A stretch of DNA of 57,792 nucleotides, counting the filler, from Sphacelaria rigidula (lineage: Eukaryota), in the NCBI GenBank assembly GCA_964200075.2. It is 9 parts of 9 records of this genome, joined end to end, with 100 filler letters (N's around TTAATTAATTAA, not from the genome) between each part and the next. Parts side by side here need not be neighbours in the genome. Positions count along the whole stretch, not along the records: positions 45,029 to 51,360 come from CAXNAA020020728.1; positions 51,461 to 57,792 come from CAXNAA020020729.1; 7 more parts are not named here. One strand, written 5' to 3'. Positions within the stretch are counted from its first letter, which is position 1. Each line of letters starts with the position of its first letter. This document shows positions 47,721 through 57,792 of the stretch, in pieces. Below the pieces are notes generated by a model. The model was not told the origin of the DNA and ran no database searches. It worked only from the letters and a program-made list of their open reading frames with translations. The position numbers and the translations under genes are program-made.

Positions 47721-50260
47721 TTACGCTCGCACCGGTTCAATACCGTCGTCCGACCCCTTCCTCATGTTAATGAACTCTACGAATTTCGCAGACAAATCAA
47801 GTTCCTCCTGAAGCTCCACGCCATCATCCTCCACTACAGCCTTCAACGCGGGGGCATTGTAATCGTAATCGTCCGGTACAATGAGGGCTCCCATGGTACC
47901 ACCCAGCACGTCATCGTCCCGACCCCTCTTGTTCACCTCCTTGATGGCATGTGCAACAAGTTTTCTGCAGTCTGCCGAGTTCCAGCCCCCGTCTCGTCCT
48001 TCCCACGTGTTATCCCCATACCAACCCTCACCTTGCCGTCCGCATCTGCTCCCACACTTGGGTCATGGTACGCTTTGGATCATGATGGAAGTTGACATAC
48101 TGCTTCCCATGTTGCCGAAACAGCTCAATCGTCTGAAAAGACGGCACGTACGGGGCGGTGCAGATTAGCTGCCACCTTCGCTTGTCCATGAACACCTCGG
48201 CTTCCTTGATTAGTTTGTGGGGAAATCTAAGCTGAAGAAAACCCGAGTGGCCAACGCTATCTCCGTACTGCTAACACCACCACCACCACCACATGTGGAG
48301 TTCGAGTTTGAGGACTGTTCATTCTCCGGTATTACGGAATCGCGACTAATACCCTTTTCCCCACCGTTACCCTCTGGTTCTTTGCGCTCAACAGTGGTTT
48401 CCCCCGCCTTGTACTTGCGCAATAAGTCTGTAATGTGTTTTTTGGTGTTGGTTTCTGGCACCCCGACCTTGGCGTCATATCCGTCGTGATACGACGCGTT
48501 GTCGAGAACAAGAATAATCTTCTCGTTTCCGAACTCAGCTTTGAAAGCCGGCGCCAACCGTTTTTCAAGCCATTCCATCAACATCCGGTCGGTCACGCCA
48601 GCGTGATAGTCCCCGCAGTGTTGTTCCTTTTCGATAATATGGAGGGATTAGGGCACGAGATGTGTAACTTCCAGTAGATACTGTCATATTCCGAAGGTTT
48701 CAACTGTCTGAGACCAAGGCTCGAGATCATCACGGAAAGAGGGGCGGGCACTTCCACCACCAAGAGCTCGCCTCACGGGCGGTCCGCGGACGTGAAGAAA
48801 GCTGCATCGCTTGCGAGTTATGTAACAGCTTAGATTCAAGCGATTTCTACTGGAAAAACGTGCCGGCTCGGTAGTACACGACAAAGTTCGTCAAGGGTTA
48901 TGTACATGCGGGCCCCACCCCGTCTGCACTGGTCTGAACACAATTGATACAGTACAGCACATGATATACTGCGGGCCGCCTGCGTTAGAGACTGCGCACC
49001 ACCCGCATCAGTGACGCCTGTAGCTGCACAGCGTGCTCGATGCACAGCAGCAACGTGCAAGGTGATCTGGCACACCGCAGAACGTAACATCCTTCGTTTA
49101 TCTCTGCCCTGCGGTGATTTCCACATGTCTTCCGCAGTTCACCACAACATGTACCCAGCCGCTTCTGCTGCCGTTCATGTGTACGGGTAATACCACCCGC
49201 CGCAGGTCCAGATTTTTGTAACCCGACCGTCTTGCAGCTGTACTCGACAACAGATTTCAGTACTGCGCGCAGTACACTTTTTTTTAAGCTAACAGAAGTA
49301 TCTTGTCCGTCTTGGTACATTTTCACATGTAAAGTTGGGCAGTGGGACCGTGGCGTTGTCGTCAAAACATGGCCGAAGTGGAAGTGAGGAAATCACCGAA
49401 ATATTTACATGCAAAGCCTCTGCGGAGATAATTTAAGTTGATGAGGCTAGAAGAATACCAGTGCAACGCCCACTCCGGCTACCAGCCTGTTTGCACGGCC
49501 GTGCCGGTAGTGGTGGGACTGTACCGGGATGTCGCCTCCAGTATCAGGTACGCTGGCAAGGGCCCGTCGCGCAACCCACTGGTCGCGCGACAGGAACTTG
49601 ACCTTCGACTGTCGACCGTTTCGGAGCGGAAATGTTCACCTCCCAACCCTCATATATATAGCGGACCATGAACGATGCTTGTTTGCTGGGTTTCTTCGAG
49701 CGTTCATCCCTAACCGGGCAAATATTAATGCGAGGCCGGCGGAATCCATTGCACAGTCAGCGTGCTCAACTGTCACTGCACCCACTATAATCGTCATCAG
49801 ACAGCAGGGTGTTGAAAAACGTGATCGTGCACCCTAAGATTATCCACCGTATGACTGCAGACCGGGCCGTCAGCGACTTCCCCTGCTGTAGCTGTGACAG
49901 TGGCACCTTCCTCTTATACCAATCTACACATTCTTCAAGTTCCGGCGTCATCTGACGCTAGGTGCGGATGTTCTTCACGCCTAAGCTGCCAGAACACCGC
50001 CTTCATATTATCGAAAAGGAACAACACTGCCCCGGCCGCAGTATTGGCTTCCCAGGTCATCTCCGCGGTTTCTGCCCTTACCCTTCGGTCCCCTCCCTTG
50101 CTTACCCGTACCCTCACCCCTACCCTTGCCCTTCTCCTTGGGTTTGAACCACCCCTCCTGAATTGGGAATCCGGTATCATCACGAGCACCCAACGGCCCT
50201 TTATTCGTGATTGCATGAACAATGCATGAACAATGACTAATCTTTGCCCTTTTCCTGAGC
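47721..50260 (-). pseudogene. IS630/Tc1/mariner transposase remnant (Sailor-like), split by a nested insertion
   Basis: SGKGQRLVIVHAIT ... TWEANTAAG|DYHAGVTDRMLMEWLEKRL ... ILVLDNASYH ... LICTAPYVPSFQTIELF...GKQYV; several frameshifts. Confidence 0.85.
48616..50029. mobile_element. Non-autonomous DNA transposon, 1414 bp, 26-bp perfect TIR, 5-bp TSD CCCCG
   Basis: TIR CAGTGTTGTTCCTTTTCGATAATATG at both ends with ccccg on both sides; removal restores the host transposase frame. Confidence 0.9.
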
Positions 50261-50519
50261 TACGACCCAGGAGACAAGAAGGAATCTTTCACCGTGCACT
50301 TCGCTATTTCCAGTTTCGTGCCGTGCATTCGAGTGCACTCCACCCGCCGTGCATACCCAACCCGAAGGTTAGATAGTCCGAACGGATGTACGGGTAGGCA
50401 CCAAGGTGGGAATGCCCCCAGTGTACACGAGTCAGTCACCCTACCCATCCGGGCTTCGGTCCTCACCGTCCGCACCAACGGGTATGATTGAGCCAAGTAT
50501 AAAGTTAGCCTTCGCTTAG

Positions 50520-50776
50520 GAGCAATGCTACGGTAGGTGTGCACTTTTTGCGCGGTATCTTGTCTGGTTCAGGGGCTCCTGACAATTCCAGATGCACAAG
50601 AACACGGATCAGGGGACCCTCATTTGCGAATTCATGCGGGATATCCCCAGCACATTTGAGTGGTAATCCTGGCGTAATCTCACATATCTTCATAGGTCGT
50701 GCTTTGCATGAGATAAAGGGCTCCTACCAATTGTAGCCCCAGAAAATATTTGTGCACCCCTACCGTAGCATCACTC
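50520..50776. mobile_element. MITE, 257 bp, GAG...CTC termini, 4-bp TSD TTAG (Sola-like)
   Basis: GAGCAATGCTACGGTAGGTGTGCAC / GTGCACCCCTACCGTAGCATCACTC with ttag on both sides. Confidence 0.85.
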
Positions 50777-52421
50777 TTAGTTGGACCGGGACTGCGAGCC
50801 CCCGTGAAGATCCGGAAATGATGATTTCACTTTAAATAACAAGTTTGAAGTCGAGCATCGCTTGGTGGAGCCGAAGTGGGGCGATCTCTTCTGCTTTGGT
50901 TCATGCTGTGCTAATCGATGAATTGGTCGACCGATGATTGTTTTGCAATGTGCATACATATACAGTATGTACATTTATGTATACGTTTTCTCATTTTGTC
51001 CACCTTGCTTGGGGGGGGGCGTACTCATTTGCTTGGGGGCGTACGTCTATCGTGTGGATGATGACCTCGCCGGAGTCCCCCCGGAATCTGTTCATGAGCG
51101 ACAATCAAAATGTTTTCATTGTTTTTTTTATTCATGCTCTATTTTTATTCCCTCGTTTTTTTAATCGCCACCCCGATCCCCTCTATTAGGAGTAGGAACA
51201 GTTCTCAGTCTCGAAAGGGATGTGTGGTCAATGGTAAAATGACTGAGGCAAGCATCAACGGAGTACGCCCCCCCCCCCCCCCCCCCCCCCCCCCTCTTCT
51301 TTTCCCTCTTCCCTTCCCCTCTTTTTCTTTTTTCTTTGTTTTTTTTTTTTTTTTTTTTTTNNNNNNNNNNNNNNNNNNNNNNNNNNNNNNNNNNNNNNNN
51401 NNNNTTAATTAATTAANNNNNNNNNNNNNNNNNNNNNNNNNNNNNNNNNNNNNNNNNNNNAGCCTTTTCAAGATCATGGAAAACTTTAAACAGGAACCCG
51501 AACCACAAACGCCTGTGGAAGATCATGAAAAACTTCAAACATCGTTACTTTTGGCGGGGTATTTTTCCCCCGTGTTCCTCTTTGTCGCGTTCTCGTTCAT
51601 TAGCGAGCACGAATGCACTGGTTATGCCGCCAATGCCACGAGAACATGATGAGAGTAAAGCAGTTGAAAACAATGGAACATTGCCTTCGTCTTAGTCAGC
51701 AGCCAACAGAAGAGCGTGAAATCGGCCGTTGGCGACTTGAACAAGACGCAGCAGCACGGTAGCACAGGAAGTTTTTGCCGCAAAAAACAATCACCCTGTT
51801 TTTAGAAAAGGTCCGGTGATGTGGAGGCCACGGTAATGTACAAACAACATGCCAAAAATGTTCCACACATTCCCATTTTTCGGGAAGTGCCTCCCGCTAC
51901 CATGTCGAGAGCTAATCTGCACTCTGGCAACTCGGGAATACCACACATGTCCTACGCCGGCGGTTCCGCCGTCGGTCTCCGTCCGAATTCCCATATTTCC
52001 GAACGACATCCGATAAGACATGCGATGCTTTGTACAGCCACGATCACTACCGTACATTGAGATACGACAGTCTCTGTTGACCATATATGTATATTTGGAA
52101 TTGCGTCATCCCCGAGAGCCCGTACCAACCTCCCTAAGGGGAGCCTTGTATATCTGTATTATATATATATATATTTGAGTAATATTCTTTTTAAATGTGC
52201 TGTCAAAATATTAATCCGGCTCAAATTTTCTGTGTGTGTATTTATGTGTGTATGTGTGTGTTTCTTTTGGCCACCGAGATCCGTTCTTACCTCTTGATGG
52301 TATAAGCCTTGTGCCAAGGTTTCAGCCCCCAACTGTCTTGAACTGGCCGTGCAAAGCTGATCAGGTGCCAAATCTACATCTAGCTGGCCCAGCTCGTATT
52401 CGTTTTTCATTTCCAACTTTG

Positions 52422-53380
52422 CAAAGTTGCTTGGGGAAGAGTTCTACTCTAGAGTTCCCCAGTTATTCTCGAGTACTGTAGATTACCTGGAGTATCGACC
52501 ACCGAAAATATTATGTTTCCCCGAGTCCCTGGAGTGCGACCTGCAAATAAAAAAATACCGAGTATACCAGAGTACCTAGAGTATCGCCTGCCGAAAACCG
52601 CTGAGTATTCCAAAGTAACTGGAGTATCGTCTATAAAAATATACTGACTCTCTTCCAGGGTATCTGGAAACACGGGATTTTACAAATTGGGGATTGACTC
52701 TTCATTGGGAATGATCCTGGGGAACCTTCATAAGCATTCAAAGATCCTCGACACAAAAGATGCAAATGTACTATGAGGCCGTAACGTGTGGCCTCGTCCA
52801 TCCTAAAAAACAAGCCTATCCGCAATTTGTGAAATCCCATGTTAACAGAAGATTATGTCAAAGAAGAACATTCGTTTTGTACGGAAATGAACGGAGGTCG
52901 AAATTGTTCGGTATAAATACGGGATTTACAAATTGCGGAAGGATTGTTTTGAGGATGAGCGAGGCCACACATCACGGCCTTCTTTTATTTATTTGTTTAT
53001 TCATTTATTTATTTATTATTTATTTATTATTTTTACAGCTGCATCTTCATGTCGAAAACATTTCGATGCTTCTTCATGAAAGTTCCCAAGGTTCATCCTA
53101 TATAACAAAATCCGTCCTCAAGTTGTGAGACCCCGCGTTCGGAGTATCGATTGCGAAAAAATAGAGTTTCTCTTGTGCCCAGGGTGTAGTCGGTCGAAGA
53201 TACTGAGCAATCCCCAGTGCCTGCAGGCTCACCTGTCGAAAATACTGAGAATTCCAGTGTCTTTCGAGTATCGCCTGTCGAAAATACTGCGCACTCTAGA
53301 GCACCGGTACTCGGAGTATCACCCGGCAAAGGGTACCTTTTCCAGAGCACTCGTACTCTTCCTTATCCTGAACATCTTCG
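52422..53380. repeat. Element with two clusters of degenerate gagtatcgcctg.cgaaaatactg repeats, probably subterminal repeats of a non-autonomous transposon
   Basis: Repeat clusters at ~52440-52670 and ~53130-53360. Confidence 0.55.
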
Positions 53381-54872
53381 CTAGTTTGGAGTGTGGGCAC
53401 CCCCGTGAATCAGGACTGCTGCTTGAGTCATGCACTTTGGGGCACGCGCAGCACCGATACTGCATACTCCGCAACTGCACTGCATGTGGATGAGATTTGC
53501 TGTTCTTGAGGACCATAACTTTATCAGGCGCTGCGCTGCTAGCACGACACTTTGTGATGGGATGTGGAATGTAGGACACGCCACCGAAACCCTTTTGCAT
53601 GAAACTGCCATATTTACACGTTTTTCAGGAATGCGATACTACAGAGTCGTTGGAAAGTTGTCAGAGACAACCCGCTCATCAAGAACAGCTCTGAAGCCAT
53701 CTCTTGTCCCAATTGGTCCGTGACCCGATATCCTGATTGGTCAAAAAGAGAAAAAAAGTGGTGGATCTGCGATTGTAGGGCCCCAAAAACATTTTAGTGC
53801 GCATTTCGTGAGATATTGTCTTTACTGCTCCCATATGCGCGCCACAAACATCCCTCCTCTCACTTTCGAAGTATGGTTGAAATGCGTCATGACGAATGGG
53901 CATAAATGAAATGCCGCCTTGGTACTCGTATCATAAACTGGTAGCATGAATAACATACCGTAGCGTTTCATCAATAGTGTGAATAGCATGAAGTTCCATC
54001 AAGCAGCATCATCGCGCATAATTTTCCACGTTAGGGGTTGGCGCACCGGTCTGAATGCTGGCCTGCTGCAATATTTGAGGCGAAAACTCTGCTAACATTG
54101 ACATTGACCGCGGGGGTGAAATACATGTATCCTCTACAACTAGTCAGTGATACTGATGACAGTATAGTGGTCAAACTGGAGTGTGATCAATCGCGGGACT
54201 GAACAATGTTTTCATGAAAAGACACCCCCACGGAACACAAACACGTATGATGTGTAGTCTGCAGCACCGTAGCACAGCGTACACATACAGCGCACAAGAT
54301 GTAGCTCAGCAGCAGACAGTATTAGATGGCAAACAAAGTCAGTGGTGACGATACGTAGGCTTGAGTTCCGTTTGCGCGTATGAAGTTTAGCTTGATTTGA
54401 GTTTCTTTAGCTTAAAAAGGCGCCTTTTCATTGCAAACCTTATAATTAGCGTAATATACCTAAAACGAGCTCAACCTGCTTGAAGCGCGCATATAACTCG
54501 CATAGAGTTGCGACACTTGTTCTTGGGCCTCCTGCAGCCAGCTGCCCGCGAGTGCCCTATGTGGCGTGACTCGTCACCAGACAGAGATACAGACTTCAGG
54601 CTTCAATCCCCCAAACATCCATGGTCATGTTTCGTGTTCCTATTCTGTTGCGGGTCTGATCAGCAAAATGTTCTATTTTATCATCTTAATACATGGTACT
54701 ATCCACGTTGTTTAAAAAAATGTGATAGAGACTAGTACACTTGTACAGCGCACAACCGGTACCGGTGGTTCGACAAGATTTTCAATGTCGGCTGACGGTA
54801 GATGATGGGGGGGAAAGGTGGTAGCTTGTAGCTTGTAGCTTGCCGGACGAGAAGCCTACGACTGCAATGCCC

Positions 54873-55222
54873 TGTGTTGTCGTCCCATCGATTCTGGACG
54901 CCGGTCTACACCTTGCGGTATATGTGGGCGCACCAGCCGGGGTCACACAGGAGGAAGGTCAACACTGGAGTTTTTTCTTCTTCATTTATTACTAGTACCC
55001 CACCTTCCTTCTGCGGTGCTTGCCACTATTTTTTTCGCGAGAGGGGTACAGCAATCCCTTTCCCTCGTCGATCGTCAAGTCAAATTTTATGTACCCACGA
55101 CATAGTCGCTCTCCACTGTGGGCATGGTGTGAGAAAAATACAAGATCCCTACGGGATTTGAACCCACGCCCCAACCGTCAGAAGGTTTCGAGGATACCAA
55201 CTGAGCCACCGGGGAGACCGGC
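54873..55222 (-). mobile_element. tRNA-derived SINE, family 1 (full-length-looking copy)
   Basis: Minus strand GCCGGTCTCCCCGGTGGCTCAGTTGG...GGGTTCAAATCCCG...gggacgacaacaca; homologous to 1866-2225. Confidence 0.87.
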
Positions 55223-56588
55223 TTTGTGTCCAGGGGCTACAATGCCCTACCGTTGTATAATGTATCATAAGTTTAGTGACATTTATTTATTGTTTCCGTA
55301 CGTGGGTTAGAGTGCAGGTGTGCAGCTTGTGGCCTTCAAACACAATGACTGAAGAAGAGCTCCATTTTGAATAAAAAATAAGCATCAAAACTTCGAATGT
55401 CCAACTCGCCGTCTTGTCTCCATGCTAGAAGGCGCGCCTCGAGAGGGGATACTGCCACAACACCGCAACAAGGACGGGAACAAGGCGCATGACGCGCGCC
55501 TAATTTGCGCTGAAAAAGCTCAAAGTTGGGCTGAACAGATAGTTGAAAGCTTACAAAAAATATGAGGAGCTATTATTTAATAAAAAAACGCGCATACGGA
55601 ACAAAAGCCTAACAATACGGAGAAGTTCCCTGACGATACGTCCATCTCCATGGACGATGACGATGACGATGACGGCGACTGTGTGATGCGTACATGAAAA
55701 GCACGCGATGATTAACAACAATGCAGTGTATGACAACAGGAAATATTGGGCAATCAATCATACACATGTTGGGGCTGTGAACTGGACCAGTTTGTACTGG
55801 CGATTAAACTGGAACTGGAGTTTAACTGGAACTGGTGATGAGGACTCCAGTTTATCCGGTTCAATTAATGTGTAATAAAAACGTTATTCATGGACCATTT
55901 TTTTTTTCATGACTTGACGTCATTTTACTGAAAGCCGAAAACTGATTATCACCTTCAACTCATGAAAAAACAAAGAGAACTTTGAGTCCACGCATAACTG
56001 TTCTATTATGCCCTCTTGACTGCTCACACTAAAATCTAGGGTCCAATTCAAATAGTATAAAATTGTAAATGGGCCGTTTAGAATCCGGGTCGGTAAAATT
56101 TGGAACAATATTCTCCAGGATATTTACCGGCCCACGTTCGGTGCTTGTGTATTGAAATTTTGGGAGGGGCCTCGCTAGGGCATAGTGAAACAAAAGCAGT
56201 GGGTCGTTTTATTTTTCACTGGTTCAGGGCGTTTTAGTATGTCGACGATCATATTTTTACGAGAACGCCCGAACATCTCTCCCCCCCCCCCCCAATATCT
56301 CTCTCTCTATATATAGATATATTATTTAGCATACCTTATCCCTGCGTGCTGCCAGCCTTGGCTTGTTTGCATCCTCTCCTCACGGAGAGTCTGCTGCTGC
56401 ATATTACAGATTACTAATTTTCGAATCGCTCACCGCTTTGAATGAGATTTGAATGTTTTCTTTGAGACTTTCGGCTCCTCAACGTGAGGGGTCACAATTT
56501 ATACTATTTCCAACATTTTTGAAGGATAAACAAGCCAAATAACGCAAATTTCCTCGCCTCCGGCGGCGCTACCGCCCCCCCCCCCTCA

Positions 56589-56757
56589 CCAGCAGGGGGG
56601 GCGTACTCATTTGTTGCTTGCCTCAGTCGTGTGACCATTGACCCCGCATCCCTTTCGAGACGGAGCACCGTCCAGCAGGGGGGGGGGGCGTACTCATTTG
56701 TTGCTTGCCTTAGTCGTGTGACCATTGACCACGCATCCCTTGCGAGACGGAGCACCT
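56589..56757. repeat. Tandem duplication (~83-bp unit) at the LINE 3' end
   Basis: ccagcaggg...gcgtactcatttgttgcttgcct...gagacggagcacc occurs twice; related motif at ~51011. Confidence 0.8.
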
Positions 56758-56806
56758 TTCCTACTCCTAGTAGCGCCTCCAACATTCCGGCGCTCATGAT
56801 GTTTTT

Positions 56807-57792
56807 TCAATAGCTCATTACGTTTCTTCCATACAGTACATAACACAAGAACCTCTTACATATCTTATCCCCGTCTTGTTTCGCCGTCTCTGGCCTCAGT
56901 CTATCTCCTAGTATAGCCATCGTTTCATCCCTACTGTCTAATGCATCAAATGATTTCATGCCACCTTCGTTCACGTCTCGCATTTCCCCCTCTTGCACGT
57001 CCCGTTCCTCCTTGTATAGGTCACATTCTGCCACTATATGACTTCTTCTCTCTATTGCTATGCCATAGAGGCAGTTCTGTCCATCTGCTTCCTCGTCCTT
57101 TCGACGACTGATATATCTCGTCGTTCTTTCTGGAAGGTCCAGGTCCCCCACCCGAAATCGCTGTTTCATATTTTTCGCAGCGTCCATTGGGCGATGCGAA
57201 TATGCCTGGATCCCGATCCTCTCTCTCAACCACCCGTATATCTTCAGATGTTCTTCCTCGTCTACTTTGCGTCTAAGCGCTCCCTTTTCCCTTACTCCCA
57301 TCATACCTCTTACTTTCGCCTTGTACCCTGCGTCTTCATCTATAGACAGTATTTCGTATTGGTTTCCTCCCATCTATTTCCATATTTTCTCGACTTCTCA
57401 ATCCCACCTTACTCCAGCCTGCCCTATCGTACTTTTCTTTCATGCAGCCCTATCAACTATAGCTGGCAACCTCTTTCTTTGTATGTTTTTCACGCTGTAT
57501 TGCCATCGCAGTTTCCTCATGTCTCTGTTTGTTTCAAGTGAGTACATTCCCAACTCTGCTCTCAAAACTGTATCACTCGTCGTTTTCCAGCATCCAAGTA
57601 TCTTCTTAGCTGCTGCCGTCTGTCCTGTTTCTACTACCCTCTCCACCAACTTCGCGTTCCCCTCCCATACTTCTCCTGCATATTCCAGCTTTCATACGAT
57701 CACGTTCTTCAGGATACATCTCTTAATCCTAGTGTCTAGGCACGGGTCTCTGAGAATCACGTCCAACCTGCCTATCTATGCCTTACCCTTTT
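56807..57792 (-). pseudogene. Non-LTR retrotransposon 3' portion (RTEX-like, C-terminal zinc-finger remnant)
   Basis: LRAELG, RKLRWQY, RLPAIV, FRVGDLDL...RY, HIVAECDLYKEER; homologous to 45045-46310. Confidence 0.85.

Noticed and set aside
46429..50776. LTR pair or composite transposon enclosing the transposase
   Set aside because: The two ~257-bp direct repeats each have their own TIRs and different TSDs and are clearly diverged, so they are independent MITE insertions.
6334..51460. Regular ~6.43-kb periodicity with a TTAATTAATTAA motif
   Set aside because: Artificial linkers between length-sorted contigs; not biology.

Overview
This window is not one locus. It is nine unrelated contigs of 6333 or 6332 bp (1-6333, 6434-12766, 12867-19199, 19300-25632, 25733-32064, 32165-38496, 38597-44928, 45029-51360, 51461-57792) joined by artificial 100-bp linkers (N44-TTAATTAATTAA-N44), so nothing can be inferred from adjacency across linkers. 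The DNA is eukaryotic and repeat-rich, with kb-scale GT-AG introns and a TTAGGG-type repeat; a stramenopile such as a brown alga is my inference, not proven. Host genes I can support are three spliced exons of an ABC-F ATPase (contig 1), two PPR exons and one orphan exon (contig 7). Most of the rest is mobile DNA: RTE and RTEX-like LINE remnants, tRNA-derived SINEs, and CMC/EnSpm-, hAT-, piggyBac- and Sola-like non-autonomous elements. Highlights are (1) an Academ-like XPG/PIN nuclease with a CXC cysteine cluster, (2) a Sailor-like IS630/Tc1 transposase with a ~125-aa D-E spacing whose frame is restored by removing a nested element with a 5-bp TSD, (3) a group of ~255-bp MITEs sharing a TIR core and 4-bp TSDs, and (4) back-to-back foldback palindromes in an intron. 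I found no intact novel multi-gene system, CRISPR array or prokaryotic operon. All family calls come from motif recognition by eye, without database searches.
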